A stretch of 63,618 nt of DNA, filler included, from a bacterium (GTDB lineage: Bacteria; JALSQH01), in the NCBI GenBank assembly GCA_026985515.1. It is 11 parts of 11 records of this genome, joined end to end, with 100 filler letters (N's around TTAATTAATTAA, not from the genome) between each part and the next. Parts side by side here need not be neighbours in the genome. Positions count along the whole stretch, not along the records: positions 6,280 to 18,152 come from JALSQH010000132.1; positions 18,253 to 30,124 come from JALSQH010000133.1; 9 more parts are not named here. One strand, written 5' to 3'. The translations under genes and the position numbers were made by a program. The notes beneath the pieces were generated by a model. That model did no database searches and had not been told where the DNA came from. It was given only the letters and a program-made list of their open reading frames with translations. Of the stretch, positions 10,374 to 21,369 are shown in pieces. Each line of letters begins with the position of its first letter. The first letter of the stretch is position 1.

Positions 10374-11664
10374 AATCGTCGGATTGAACTTCAAAACTGC
10401 TCCTTCCCGTATCAGAGGGTCCTTTGCAGTGGGTCCTCACAATAGAAGGGATATTTATGAAAAGACTCGTTCCCATCTGAAGAGCGAATTCATCTGGTTA
10501 TCCACATGTAACAGGACCGAGCTTTATGTTGCTCAGAGAGGCGGCATTGAAGATAGAAAATTGCTGAGCCTCTTTTTTGATGTTTTTGACACAATGGTGT
10601 CTCCCGATTACTTTTACATCTACAGTGACAGAGGTGCCGTGAAGCATATTTTTGAGGTGGTAACAGGAATTGATTCCATGGTTGTGGGAGAAAAGGAAAT
10701 AGTGGGGCAGGTAAAGGAAGCATACAGATATGCTCGCTCCAGAGGAACTGTTGGAAAGTATCTTGACAAACTTTTCACCACTGCGCTTCACATAAATAAA
10801 GATGTAAGGAGCAGGCTCCCTGAGTTGTCAAGTCCTCTTTCTATACCCTACATCGGGGTAAAAATGACGAGGGATGTTCTTGGTGATTTTAAGGAGAGGA
10901 GATTCCTTATCATTGGTACCGGTAGTATGGGTGACCTTGTGGCAAAAAATATCATTGAATATGGAGGAGAAAATATCACATTTGCAGGGAAACATATGGA
11001 AAGAGTCAGGGAAATTGCATCAAGATGGAATAAGGAGTGGATGACAAGAGATGAGGCTTTAAGATCCATCGGTGAATTTGACGGGGTCGTCGTGGCAACT
11101 CCTGTAAAATCCCCCATAATCACCGATGAAATTTTTCCACTGCCACCCTCTCATGAAATGGTCATTCTCGATATTTCCATTCCCAGAGCTGTGGAGTTCG
11201 AAAGGGTGCCTCAGAGGGTCCATGTAATTTATCTTGACGATCTGAAAGACGCTACTGAGGAGAACAGAAAATCGAGGGAAGAGGCGGTTGAAAAGGCAAG
11301 AGAGATCATAGAGTATGAGTCAATCAGATTTATGGGGTGGCTTGTGGAGCAGTATGTTGCTCCAATGATTGAAAAGATGTTTGACAGGAGCGAAGAGATC
11401 AGACTTGAAATGATGGAGGATTTTTTCTCAAGATACAGAATCGATGAAGATTTGCGGAAAAAAATTGATCAATACACCAGTCAGCTTGTTAAGAAGCTGA
11501 TTCACATTCATCTGGAAAAGGTCAGAATGGCCACCCGTGGAATGTGGGATGATGAAATCTACGAGCTAATTTATTCCATTTTTTCCCGCTATGAAAAAAA
11601 CAAAAGTGAAAAGATTAGGAACGAGGGGCAGTCCTTTAGCTCTGGAACAGGCAAGGAGAGCTGA
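10363..11664 (+). CDS. hemA: Glutamyl-tRNA reductase
   Basis: STCNRTELY, GIDSMVVGEKEIVGQVK, GTGSMG and DISIPR. Confidence 0.95.
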   Translation: MKYKIVGLNFKTAPSRIRGSFAVGPHNRRDIYEKTRSHLKSEFIWLSTCNRTELYVAQRGGIEDRKLLSLFFDVFDTMVSPDYFYIYSDRGAVKHIFEVVTGIDSMVVGEKEIVGQVKEAYRYARSRGTVGKYLDKLFTTALHINKDVRSRLPELSSPLSIPYIGVKMTRDVLGDFKERRFLIIGTGSMGDLVAKNIIEYGGENITFAGKHMERVREIASRWNKEWMTRDEALRSIGEFDGVVVATPVKSPIITDEIFPLPPSHEMVILDISIPRAVEFERVPQRVHVIYLDDLKDATEENRKSREEAVEKAREIIEYESIRFMGWLVEQYVAPMIEKMFDRSEEIRLEMMEDFFSRYRIDEDLRKKIDQYTSQLVKKLIHIHLEKVRMATRGMWDDEIYELIYSIFSRYEKNKSEKIRNEGQSFSSGTGKES

Positions 11665-12517
11665 AAATTACCTGAAGTCCTCCGGAATCGATGTTTCCAT
11701 TGTGGTGGTTACATCAAAGGGGGATAAGGATTTGAAGTCTCCTCTCTGGAAACTGGGTGGAAAGGGTGCTTTCACCAGGGCACTGGAAGAGGCTCTTGTT
11801 AAAGGAGAGATTGATCTTGCTGTTCACAGTGCCAAGGATCTTCCTGTGAGTATTGCTGAAGGAACTGAAATTGTTTCTGTGTTGCCAAGGGGGAGAGTGG
11901 AGGATCTTTTGCTTGTACGGGAACCTGTTGAGGATGTGGGAGAATTTCTCAAGCAGGCGAGGATAGCTACCGGGAGTCTCAGACGGAGGGCTCTGTTAAG
12001 GAAAATTTACGGGAGTGAAAATTTTGTGGATATCAGGGGAAATGTTGATACCAGAATAAGGAAGCTACATGAGGGAGAATTTGATGCCCTTGTTCTTGCC
12101 AGGGCTGGTCTGGAAAGGTTAAATCTGCTTGGCAGGAGTTTCTGGTACAAGTTTGATCCCGATTTTTTTGTCCCTTCCCCCGGGCAGGGTTTTATTGTAA
12201 TTCAGGGAAGAAAGGGTGAGAATGAAGAGTTAAAAAGGATGGATGAAAACTGGATATCCTTTCATGTTGAGAGAAATGTTGCTGCGCAATTATCCCTTGA
12301 TTGCAGAACCCCTGCAGGATTTCATGCGAAGGTTGAAAGCGGGAAAGTTTATTTTTCAGGAGTCATACTCACCCCCGATGGAAGTGATTGGGTTGAGTTG
12401 AAGGACGAAGAAAGGGTGGAAAATTGGGATAGTTTTCACATTAAAATATCTGAGAAATTTCATGCACTCGGTGTTGAGAGAATCCTTGAAAGGATAGAAA
12501 GATGGGTGAGGTCATAA
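11591..12517 (+). CDS. hemC: Hydroxymethylbilane synthase
   Basis: GTRGSPLA, GGKGAFT, AVHSAKD, TGSLRR and RGNVDTR. Confidence 0.95.
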   Translation: MKKTKVKRLGTRGSPLALEQARRAENYLKSSGIDVSIVVVTSKGDKDLKSPLWKLGGKGAFTRALEEALVKGEIDLAVHSAKDLPVSIAEGTEIVSVLPRGRVEDLLLVREPVEDVGEFLKQARIATGSLRRRALLRKIYGSENFVDIRGNVDTRIRKLHEGEFDALVLARAGLERLNLLGRSFWYKFDPDFFVPSPGQGFIVIQGRKGENEELKRMDENWISFHVERNVAAQLSLDCRTPAGFHAKVESGKVYFSGVILTPDGSDWVELKDEERVENWDSFHIKISEKFHALGVERILERIERWVRS

Positions 12518-14004
12518 TTGCAGGTGCCGGGCCCGGTAACCCGCTTCTTATTTCTCTTCAGTTGCTTGAAGAGTTGAAAAGAGCAGATGTTATAATCTAT
12601 GATCGTCTGATTCATCCCGAGATATTGAGGTTTGCCAGAAAGGATGCGGAGAAGATTTTTGCGGGTAAAGAAGCAAAGAGACACTATTTGAAACAGTATG
12701 AGATCAATGATCTTTTAATTGAAAAGGCCAGAAAAGGGAAGAGGGTTTTGAGAATTCAGGGTGGTGACCCTGTTATTTTTGGAAGAACTGGAGAGGAACT
12801 GGAAAAGTTAAATGAAGCAGGTATCAGGTACAGACTCATTCCCGGTATTACAGCGGGAATAGCTGCCCCTGAATATGCAGGCATACCACTTACACACAGA
12901 AGAGAAACTTCAGCTGTAATGTTTATAACTGGCCATGAGGATCCTGAAAAGAAGTATCCCGCAATAGACTGGGATCATGTGGCTGCTTTTACAGGAACTC
13001 TGATAATCTACATGGGAGTGAGCAATCTCGACAGAATTGTTTCTACCCTGATCGAGAAGGGAAAGTCCCCGGATACCCCTGTTGCCATGATTCAGAATGG
13101 AACCTTTTACAACCAGAAAGTTATTCATGGTACACTGAAAGATATAGTTGAGATTGCCAGGAGGGAGAAGATTGCTCCACCTGCCATAACAGTTGTTGGA
13201 GGTGTTGCCAGGTATGTTGAGCAGAACAGGTGGTTTGAGAAACTCCCATTTTATGGATTGAAAATAGCAGTGCTAAGGGGGGAGGATGAGGTACTTGATG
13301 TGGCCAGGAAAATATGGTACAGAGGTGGCGAGGCTGCCATCTTTCCCGTGATAAAGTTTGAAAAAAAAGATTTCTCGGTTGATTTACCACGGATATGCGA
13401 TTATTCAGTTAACAAAAAGGAGCTTGTTGTTTTTACCAGTCCGAGGGGTGTAAAGTTCTTTTTTGAGGGAGTGAGGGGAAGGGGACTTGATATAAGATGT
13501 CTTGGTTTCAGAAGGATAGCAGCAATTGGACCATCCACCAGAGATGCAGTTGAAAGTCTGGGTCTCAGGGTGGATATTGTTCCAGATAAGTATGTTGCAG
13601 AGTCTCTGGCGGATTCCATTATGTCTGAGAAACCTGAGAGAGTTTTTATTCTGAGGGCTGAGAGGGCAAGGGAGGTTCTACCCGAAATGTTGCAGAAGGC
13701 GGGAATAGAGGTAAAGGTTATCCCCGTTTACAGAACTCTGATAGTAGAGCATTCTCCAGAGGAGATTGAGGGAGTTTTAACTTCCGATTTCTTTCTCTTT
13801 TCCAGTTCATCAACCTTTGAGAATTTTGTCAGGATGATTGGTGATCCATTCAGAATAAAGGGTAAAATTGTTTCAATTGGACCTGTTACAACCTCAACTA
13901 TAAAAAAGTATGGACTGGAACCAGTTGTGGAAAGCGAGACTCATACAATTGATGGAGTAATAGCTTCCCTGGAAAGCTATATTTACTCCAGAAGGGAGGT
14001 TTAA
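12502..14004 (+). CDS. cobA/hemD: Uroporphyrinogen-III C-methyltransferase/uroporphyrinogen-III synthase fusion
   Basis: GAGPG, GGDP..FGR and [12 protein letters not shown], followed by a HemD domain (FTS, AIGPST, FSSSST). Confidence 0.93.
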   Translation: MGEVIIAGAGPGNPLLISLQLLEELKRADVIIYDRLIHPEILRFARKDAEKIFAGKEAKRHYLKQYEINDLLIEKARKGKRVLRIQGGDPVIFGRTGEELEKLNEAGIRYRLIPGITAGIAAPEYAGIPLTHRRETSAVMFITGHEDPEKKYPAIDWDHVAAFTGTLIIYMGVSNLDRIVSTLIEKGKSPDTPVAMIQNGTFYNQKVIHGTLKDIVEIARREKIAPPAITVVGGVARYVEQNRWFEKLPFYGLKIAVLRGEDEVLDVARKIWYRGGEAAIFPVIKFEKKDFSVDLPRICDYSVNKKELVVFTSPRGVKFFFEGVRGRGLDIRCLGFRRIAAIGPSTRDAVESLGLRVDIVPDKYVAESLADSIMSEKPERVFILRAERAREVLPEMLQKAGIEVKVIPVYRTLIVEHSPEEIEGVLTSDFFLFSSSSTFENFVRMIGDPFRIKGKIVSIGPVTTSTIKKYGLEPVVESETHTIDGVIASLESYIYSRREV

Positions 14005-14006
14005 AA

Positions 14007-14996
14007 ATGTATTTTCCCATTTTAAGAATGAGAAGGTTAAGGATGAAGGATAACTTTAGAAGAATGCGAAGGGAAACCAGGCTCTCCATCTCTGATCTCA
14101 TTTATCCCATTTTTATTCAGGACGGGAAAAAGATTAAGCTGGAAGTACCTTCAATGCCAGGAATATACAGATTTTCAACAGATACTGTACTTGAAGAGGT
14201 TGAAAGAGTGGCGGAAATGGGAATACCTGCAATTATCCTCTTTGGGATTCCTGCCGAGAAGGATTCAATGGCAACTCAGGCCTGGGTTGAGGACGGTATA
14301 ATTCAGAGGGGGGTGAGGGTTATAAAAGAGAAGTTTCCTGAACTGATCGTTATAACCGATGTTTGTCTCTGTGAGTACACTGATCATGGTCACTGTGGAA
14401 TTGTAAAGGATGGCAAAATATTGAATGACGAAACACTGGAGATCATAAAAAAAATAGCTCTTTCACAGGTGGAAGCTGGTGCCGATATGGTGGCTCCGTC
14501 TGGAATGATGGATGGGGCTGTGGCAGCTATCAGGGAGATTCTCGATGAATATGGATATGGTGAAATCCCCATAATGGGTTATTCCGCAAAGTTTGCTTCA
14601 AGTTTTTATGGTCCATTCAGAGATGCGGCGGAGTCTGCTCCTGCCTTTGGAGATAGAAGAACTTATCAGATGGACCCCGCCAACAGACTTGAAGCTCTTC
14701 AGGAGATTGAACTTGATATTCAAGAAGGTGCGGATATCGTTATGGTAAAACCCGCTCTGCCTTACCTGGACATAATCAGAGAGGCGAAGGAGAGAATAAA
14801 TGTGCCTCTTGCAGCATATCAGGTAAGTGGTGAATACTCCATGATCAGGGCAGCCGCAAAATTAGGGTGGCTTGATGAAAAGAAGGCAATATGGGAGGCT
14901 ACTCTTTCCATAAAAAGGGCAGGGGCTGATTTGATATTAACATACTTTGCCCCTGAACTTGCTGAAATGATAAAGGAAGGGTGGAATGAATCTTGA
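14007..14996 (+). CDS. hemB: Porphobilinogen synthase
   Basis: [37 protein letters not shown] and MVKPA. Confidence 0.98.
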   Translation: MYFPILRMRRLRMKDNFRRMRRETRLSISDLIYPIFIQDGKKIKLEVPSMPGIYRFSTDTVLEEVERVAEMGIPAIILFGIPAEKDSMATQAWVEDGIIQRGVRVIKEKFPELIVITDVCLCEYTDHGHCGIVKDGKILNDETLEIIKKIALSQVEAGADMVAPSGMMDGAVAAIREILDEYGYGEIPIMGYSAKFASSFYGPFRDAAESAPAFGDRRTYQMDPANRLEALQEIELDIQEGADIVMVKPALPYLDIIREAKERINVPLAAYQVSGEYSMIRAAAKLGWLDEKKAIWEATLSIKRAGADLILTYFAPELAEMIKEGWNES

Positions 14997-16152
14997 TTTT
15001 AATAAGAGTCCGCTTATAGTTTTCTGGGAAACGACTCAGGCGTGTGATCTGGCATGCAGGCACTGCCGCGCAGTTGCAATGCCTGACCCTCACCCCAGAG
15101 AGCTGACCACAGAGGAGGGTAAAAGGTTAATTGACAGAATAGCAGAATTTGAAGTGGCTCCCATCCTGATTTACACAGGTGGTGATCCTCTGAAAAGAAA
15201 GGATATTTACGAACTCGTTGCCTATGGGGTTGAAAAGAGACTCAGAGTGGCAATGAGTCCAAGTGGAACTCCCCTTGTGACGAAGGAAAGACTTCAGAGA
15301 TTGAGGGATGTGGGACTTATGAGGGTTTCTTTCAGCCTTGATGGGTCCAACAGATATATTCACGATTCATTCAGAGGGGTAAAGGGGTCCTTTGAATATA
15401 CGATGAATGGAATAAGGTGGTCCAGAGAGGTGGGTTTGACTGTACAGGTAAATACCACTGTGACCAAGTGGAACTACGGTGATCTTGAAAATATAGCTGA
15501 ACTACTTTCAAAGATGGAAATTGTAATGTGGGATGTATTCTTTCTGGTTCCCACAGGAAGGGCAACTCTCTGGGATATGATTTCTCCCTCCCAGTTTGAA
15601 GAAGCATTTGAGAGACTATATGAACTTTCCATGAAATACAATTTTACCATTAAAACCACTGCAGCCACTCACTACAGGAGATTCCAGATCCAGCAGATGG
15701 AGAGGAGAGGAATCAATATTACTCCAGAAAGTGTGAAAGGTGCGTACATGACAGCCAGGAAGGGCCATCCTCATCATGGATTCACAACAGGTGTCACAGA
15801 TGGTAGAGGTATTATGTTTATTTCCAAAACAGGAGATATCTTTCCAAGCGGTTTTCTCCCTATCAAAACAGGTAATGTGAGAGAGGATGATCTGATAGAT
15901 GTTTACCAGAATCATCCAGTTTTCAGGTCCCTCAGGGATCCTGATCAGTTGAAAGGGAAATGTGGAAAGTGTTCTTTCAAGGAGATATGTGGAGGTTCAA
16001 GGGCAAGGGCATACGGGATCACCGGTGACTATCTTGCTGAGGAACCCTACTGCATCCATACCCCTGAAGGATTTGATTTCAGAGAGTCTCACGCCTATAA
16101 AATAGAAAGGGGAATTTTCCCTGATGGACCTGCTGTGAAGAGGGCTATCTGA
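14986..16152 (+). CDS. Radical SAM/SPASM protein, AhbD-like heme synthase (BA1875/TIGR04053-like subtype)
   Basis: [36 protein letters not shown] and [18 protein letters not shown], in the heme operon. Confidence 0.75.
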   Translation: MNLDFNKSPLIVFWETTQACDLACRHCRAVAMPDPHPRELTTEEGKRLIDRIAEFEVAPILIYTGGDPLKRKDIYELVAYGVEKRLRVAMSPSGTPLVTKERLQRLRDVGLMRVSFSLDGSNRYIHDSFRGVKGSFEYTMNGIRWSREVGLTVQVNTTVTKWNYGDLENIAELLSKMEIVMWDVFFLVPTGRATLWDMISPSQFEEAFERLYELSMKYNFTIKTTAATHYRRFQIQQMERRGINITPESVKGAYMTARKGHPHHGFTTGVTDGRGIMFISKTGDIFPSGFLPIKTGNVREDDLIDVYQNHPVFRSLRDPDQLKGKCGKCSFKEICGGSRARAYGITGDYLAEEPYCIHTPEGFDFRESHAYKIERGIFPDGPAVKRAI

Positions 16153-16595
16153 TGCAGGAGATCAGGAAAAAACTGCTTGAAATTCTTCAATTTGATTTTC
16201 CCATTTCAGTTGAACCATGGAGAGATATTGGGGATAAACTTGGAATGTCACCTGGGGAGGTTCTCAAACTTGTAAGGGAAATGAAGGAGAATGGCATCAT
16301 TAGAAGAATTGGCGGAATTATAAATAAGGAAAAGGTGGGTTACAGGTCCACCCTGATAGCGGTTAAGGCTGGTGCGGAATGTCTTGATGGGGTGGCTGAA
16401 TATCTGAATTCCCTTGTGGCAGTTACACACAATTATTTGAGAGATGATGAATGGAATCTATGGTTTACATTTAACTATGTTGATGAAAGCGAGGTAGAAG
16501 ATCTCATCGAGAAGTTAAGCACTTTTCCATGTGTTGAGGATATCATGAATCTACCATCTGAGAGGATGGTTAAAATTGATGCGAGGTTCAGATAA
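16152..16595 (+). CDS. ahbA: Siroheme decarboxylase alpha subunit (Lrp/AsnC fold)
   Basis: LQFDFPI..P, GIIRRIGG and VTHNYLR..WNLWFT (alpha-type HNYxR). Confidence 0.85.
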   Translation: MQEIRKKLLEILQFDFPISVEPWRDIGDKLGMSPGEVLKLVREMKENGIIRRIGGIINKEKVGYRSTLIAVKAGAECLDGVAEYLNSLVAVTHNYLRDDEWNLWFTFNYVDESEVEDLIEKLSTFPCVEDIMNLPSERMVKIDARFR

Positions 16596-17008
16596 TGGGA
16601 AGGATAATGGCAGTAGATTATGGTGAGCGAAGGATTGGTATTGCACTGAGTGATCCCCTGAAGATAACTGCTCAGCCTTATGATGTGATTGAGGTTATTT
16701 CCGAAAAAAAGGCTGCAAACAGGATTGCAGAGATCGTAAAGGAAAAAGAGGTTGAGGAAGTGATCATAGGACTTCCTCTGAGTTCCACAGGGGGAGACAC
16801 AAAAATTGGAGAAAAAGTAAAAGTTTTCGCTGAACTTGTAAAGAGAAGAGTGAATGTTCCCGTTAAACTCGTTGATGAGAGGATGACCACAAGGGGTGCA
16901 GTCAGAGTCCTTGATGAATTTGGTGTGAAAAGGGAAAAGAGAAAGAAGATCATAGATAAACTTGCAGCCACATATTTACTTGAAGGATACCTTGAAAGTT
17001 TAAGATGA
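16595..17008 (+). CDS. ruvX: YqgF/RuvX nuclease
   Basis: AVDYGERRIGIALSDP, VDERMTT and DKLAA. Confidence 0.95.
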   Translation: MGRIMAVDYGERRIGIALSDPLKITAQPYDVIEVISEKKAANRIAEIVKEKEVEEVIIGLPLSSTGGDTKIGEKVKVFAELVKRRVNVPVKLVDERMTTRGAVRVLDEFGVKREKRKKIIDKLAATYLLEGYLESLR

Positions 17009-18003
17009 AAGGGATACTCAGATCCTTTCTTCTCTCATTTGTTTTTCTTTTTATTCTGATTGTTTTCACAGTTTACCATTCCGTAGAGAAGGAATTCCCT
17101 GATAATCTCCGCGTCAGGGTGGAGAAAGGGGAGAACCTTAGGAGTCTATTGAGAAAATTGAAAAATAGGGCTGGCTTCAGCGATTTTGATCTTGTTCTCC
17201 TCTACTACTATGCGAGGGTGTCGGGCAAAGATAGAATTAAATCCGGTACATACCTTGCTCTTAAAGGGGAATCACTGCTATCTTTTTTGAAAAAGGTTAA
17301 CTCAGGAAGAGCGATTCTAATAAGGGTTACAATACCTGAGGGTTTCAACTCCTATCAGATAGGTGAATTGCTTGATAAAAAAAGAGTATGCAGATATGAA
17401 GATTTTATCAGGTACGCCTTCAGCCGATTAACTGCAGAGAAGTACGGCATTCATTCTGACAGAGTTGAGGGTTTCCTTTTCCCTGATACCTATGAATTTT
17501 CAGAGGATATGAACGCAGAGCAGGTGATCAGAGTGATGGTGGAGAATTTCTGGAAACATTATCCTGAAGAGTTTAAAAAGAGGGAAAAGGAACTTGGATG
17601 GGATACATACAGGGTTGTTACCCTTGCGTCAATCATACAGAAAGAAACTTCAAAAGTTGAGGAAATGCCGCTGGTCTCTGCTGTTTACCATAATAGATTA
17701 AAAAAAGGAATGCTTCTTCAGGCTGATCCAACCGTAATCTATGGTTTATACCCCAATTTTGATGGTAATTTGAAGAAGAAAGATCTTCTGGACAGAAGTA
17801 ACAGATGGAACACCTATGTTTACAAAGGCCTTCCTCCCACCCCCATCTGTAACCCGGGTTTACTGGCCATTAAAGCCGCCCTCTATCCCGCCAGTGTTGA
17901 TTATCTTTACTTTGTTGCTAAGGGCGACGGTACACACTATTTTTCCCGAACCTATGAGGAACATAGAAAAGCTGTTTACAGGTACCAGATAAAAAAGAAG
18001 TGA
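17005..18003 (+). CDS. mltG: Endolytic transglycosylase MltG
   Basis: TIPEG, EGFLFPDTY, ASIIQKE, LQADPT, GLPPTPICNPG and YLYFVA. Confidence 0.95.
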   Translation: MKGILRSFLLSFVFLFILIVFTVYHSVEKEFPDNLRVRVEKGENLRSLLRKLKNRAGFSDFDLVLLYYYARVSGKDRIKSGTYLALKGESLLSFLKKVNSGRAILIRVTIPEGFNSYQIGELLDKKRVCRYEDFIRYAFSRLTAEKYGIHSDRVEGFLFPDTYEFSEDMNAEQVIRVMVENFWKHYPEEFKKREKELGWDTYRVVTLASIIQKETSKVEEMPLVSAVYHNRLKKGMLLQADPTVIYGLYPNFDGNLKKKDLLDRSNRWNTYVYKGLPPTPICNPGLLAIKAALYPASVDYLYFVAKGDGTHYFSRTYEEHRKAVYRYQIKKK

Positions 18004-18152
18004 AGTAATTTCAGCAGGTTATTATCAGAAATACCCCTTTTGCTCAAAATTAAATCTTACTTTACTTGCTTGTTTATCCATATGTTCCTCCATTTTATAG
18101 TTTGCCTCATTTGGTGTGTTCGTGTAGCCTCTTTTTTATCTCTTCTATTCTT

Positions 18153-18252
18153 NNNNNNNNNNNNNNNNNNNNNNNNNNNNNNNNNNNNNNNNNNNNTTAA
18201 TTAATTAANNNNNNNNNNNNNNNNNNNNNNNNNNNNNNNNNNNNNNNNNNNN
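18153..18252. other. Artificial linker
   Basis: N44-TTAATTAATTAA-N44. Confidence 0.99.
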
Positions 18253-18512
18253 TCTTTATACTTTTTCATTAAATACCAAGTGGAACCTTTAAACTCATTT
18301 ATCTTTGCTGTCTTAACCAGATAAATTACTCCATTATCACCATAGCCCCAGTGCAATTGTTCTTTAAATTCCCCGCTTATGTATCCCTGATAAGCCCTAA
18401 AATTTACCAGATCAACAGGAGGAAATCTCTCCGGTTTCTCTCTTTTCTCTTCACAAGAAACTGCTATAAATATCACTACTGTAACTGTCATGATTTTCAA
18501 AACCTTTATCAT
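18253..18512 (-). CDS. Hypothetical lipoprotein (3'-truncated)
   Basis: MIKVLK + hydrophobic stretch + lipobox AVSC. Confidence 0.5.
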
Positions 18513-18757
18513 TTCCGTTTCACCACCTAAATTATTTCTCATTTCTCTTATAATTTATCATCACTATATCATCCCCCCACGTCATCCCTATAAATTGTTC
18601 GCATTCAAAAGCACAAAAACCTCAAACTTATTGAAATAACTCTGCTTATATACTACTGCAAATATGCGTTTGATGTCAAATTCTCTAATTGCAGAGGAAC
18701 CCCTAACATTTCAAAACATCATTCATAACGAACAACAAAAGGATTAACCCCCTTCTC

Positions 18758-18786
18758 TTGTCAACCTGTTCTTTTTGAGATAGAAT
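18758..18786 (+). promoter_or_regulatory. Sigma70-type promoter
   Basis: TTGTCA-17 nt-TAGAAT upstream of an AGGAG RBS and ATG 18808. Confidence 0.55.
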
Positions 18787-18807
18787 ATCTCCAAAAAGGA
18801 GAGATAG

Positions 18808-21369
18808 ATGAATAGAAATATCAAGAAGATTTTTTCTTTCCTGATACCTTTCATTTTTTCATTCTCCATTGTATCCTGCAATCTTCAGGAAGATAACTTC
18901 TGCAAGGGGGAACCAGTTACCGACGAAGCATTCTACAAAACTGAAATAGTTGATCCTGCAAAAAAAATTGCAGTCATGGTAAATGGGAGGAAAATTACCC
19001 CCTACCACGAAGATGGAGCAATTCTCACAGCAGGTCTGGGAGTTTATCCAATTGGCGCAGCAATTTCTCCCAATGACAGAATTGTGGCAGTTTCAAACAA
19101 TGGAATAAAGGATGTGTTTTTCCTGAGAGATAAAGTTCCCGGCGTTGAAGAGAGTAAAGCAGAGTTCTACTACAACAAAAAGTATCAGTCCATAACTTTC
19201 ATTGATATGAAGGAAAAGAAGGTTATTTACAAGTTGCCTCTTCAGTCCCTCTTCATAGGCATAGTTTTCTCCCCCGATGGCCGCTACCTCTATGCAGCTG
19301 GTGGTGGCAGAGATGTTGTGAGGGTTGTCAGAATAAAGAACTACCCGGATGAAGGAACCGGTTTTGCAGTTGAGGTATCAGCTCCCATTCCTGTTCCCCA
19401 TTATCCAACTGGTCTTGCAATCTCTAAAGATGGAAAAAGGTTGTATGTTACACAGCTTCAGCACCACAACCTGAGCGTGGTAAATGTTGACCACTCCTCA
19501 CCTGACTATGGGGAGATAATCACAACCTACACCACACAGTCTTATCCTTACGCTGTAATCCTGAGCGATGATGAAAAATACGCCTATGTTACAAACTGGG
19601 GTGGAAATTCTGTGACAGTAATAAACCTTGAGTATGGCAAGGCAGTTACAAACATTCCTGTGGGGAAAAATCCGGAAGGTATGGTAATTTATGACGGAAA
19701 ACTCTTTGTTGCAAATAGCGGTGATGATACCATCACAGTTATTGACCTCTCCACCCTTGAAATTGAGAAAGTTATTTCGCTTCTCTCATCGCCTCAGGAT
19801 AGAATTGGTATAACTCCTGTAGACCTTAAAGTTGATCCAGAGAGAAAATATCTCTATGTGGTATGCGCAGGGGACAACAAGGTAGACGTATTTGATATTG
19901 AGACCTACCAGAAAATTGGAAGCATTCCCGTGGGGTATTATCCCTCTGAAATTGAGATCACCCATGATGGTAGCTACGCTGCTGTGGTAAATTCCAAGGG
20001 AAAAATGAGAAAGGATGCCTTTTACAATGTCGAATATGATGAAAATGGTAAATTCAAGAAAGATTCTGAGGGAAATGTAGAATTCGTTCACATCGCTTCG
20101 CTCATTCAGGGAATGGTAAACATATTCAAAGTTCCAGACAGAGAAAAATTGAAAGAACTTGAAGAGGTGGTGGAGAAGAACAACTCCACAGCAAAAAGAT
20201 TCTACAGTGACAGAGGATGTGATGTGTGGGACAACCCCATTCCATACAAACCGGGTGGTTACTCCCCGATTAAACATGTTGTCTACATTGTTAGAGAGAA
20301 TAAAACCTACGATGTTGACCTGGGGGATCTGGGAACGGGCGATGGTGCACCGGAACTTGCACTCTTTGGAGAAAAGGTAACACCAAATCTCCATGCCCTT
20401 GCAAGGGAATTTGCCAATTTTGACAACTTCTACAGCGAACCTGAGCAATCTGTTCAGGGACATATCTGGATAGCGGGTGGATGGTCCACAGATTTTGATG
20501 AAAAAGTATGGATGGCAATGTGGGGAAGAGAGGAGGAACATCAGGTTTTTCTCCCCGTTATGCAACCAGCCAGCAAGCCACTTACAGGTTCCCTCTTTGA
20601 GTACTTCTATTCTCAGGGTGTGGACTTCAGAATTTATGGTGAAGTCACAGGGGTTCTGGATAATGCCTCTCAGAAGTTCTATGATCACATTGACTGGAAA
20701 TACCCATCCTGGTCCCTCCACATAAACGATACAGACAAGGCAAAAGAATTCATAAGGGAATTACAGGAAGGGATCTTTCCATCCTTTGTGTATATCTGGT
20801 TACCCAATGACCATACCTACGGGGCTACTCCGGGTAGACCCGATCCTGTCTGGATGATAAGCAACAACGATGAAGCAACAGGCATGATTGTTGAGGCTAT
20901 CAGCCACAGCAAATTCTGGGATTCAACCCTCATTTTCATTTTTGAAGACGATCCCCAGAGCTCTCCGGATCATGTCGATGCCCACAGAAGCATTTTGGTG
21001 GCAGTAAGCCCATTTGTAAAACATGGATACGTTTCACACGTTCACTACAGTATCCCAAGTATTCATCACACAACAGAATTGATACTTGGTATCCCTCCAA
21101 TGAGCAGGTACGACCAGTTAGCAGCACCCCTCTATGATGCCTTTACCATGAAAGCTGATTATTCAACATATACTCACATTCCCTCCCAGATACCTTTTTC
21201 CATCGTTCCTGAAGGCGCTCCCGGCTCAGAAGAAAGTAAAAAGATGAATTTCGACAAACCTGATCAGGCACCTGGACTTGGAAAAGTTCTCTGGAAATAT
21301 GTAAAAGGTGAGGAACCCTTTCCTTCCCATATTGCCACTATGGATGAAGAGGATGAGAGTGATAGGTGA
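18808..21369 (+). CDS. YVTN/YncE beta-propeller + phosphoesterase (alkaline phosphatase superfamily) lipoprotein
   Basis: Lipobox IVSC, repeated YVTN/YVAN propeller blades, IKHVVYIVRENKTYD, LPNDHT and EDDPQ..DHVDAHR. Confidence 0.85.
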   Translation: MNRNIKKIFSFLIPFIFSFSIVSCNLQEDNFCKGEPVTDEAFYKTEIVDPAKKIAVMVNGRKITPYHEDGAILTAGLGVYPIGAAISPNDRIVAVSNNGIKDVFFLRDKVPGVEESKAEFYYNKKYQSITFIDMKEKKVIYKLPLQSLFIGIVFSPDGRYLYAAGGGRDVVRVVRIKNYPDEGTGFAVEVSAPIPVPHYPTGLAISKDGKRLYVTQLQHHNLSVVNVDHSSPDYGEIITTYTTQSYPYAVILSDDEKYAYVTNWGGNSVTVINLEYGKAVTNIPVGKNPEGMVIYDGKLFVANSGDDTITVIDLSTLEIEKVISLLSSPQDRIGITPVDLKVDPERKYLYVVCAGDNKVDVFDIETYQKIGSIPVGYYPSEIEITHDGSYAAVVNSKGKMRKDAFYNVEYDENGKFKKDSEGNVEFVHIASLIQGMVNIFKVPDREKLKELEEVVEKNNSTAKRFYSDRGCDVWDNPIPYKPGGYSPIKHVVYIVRENKTYDVDLGDLGTGDGAPELALFGEKVTPNLHALAREFANFDNFYSEPEQSVQGHIWIAGGWSTDFDEKVWMAMWGREEEHQVFLPVMQPASKPLTGSLFEYFYSQGVDFRIYGEVTGVLDNASQKFYDHIDWKYPSWSLHINDTDKAKEFIRELQEGIFPSFVYIWLPNDHTYGATPGRPDPVWMISNNDEATGMIVEAISHSKFWDSTLIFIFEDDPQSSPDHVDAHRSILVAVSPFVKHGYVSHVHYSIPSIHHTTELILGIPPMSRYDQLAAPLYDAFTMKADYSTYTHIPSQIPFSIVPEGAPGSEESKKMNFDKPDQAPGLGKVLWKYVKGEEPFPSHIATMDEEDESDR

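Noticed and set aside
11591..11664. Frameshift or fusion at the 74-nt hemA/hemC overlap
   Set aside because: Both proteins are complete in their own frames; this is a simple tail overlap.
18543..18757. Hidden gene in the lipoprotein/phosphoesterase spacer
   Set aside because: Only short stop-bounded frames without a start or RBS are present.
19786..20721. Long antisense ORFs (for example 19786-20721, 41618-42289, 51538-52245, 1852-2337)
   Set aside because: They are shadows of well-supported genes on the opposite strand, with no motifs.
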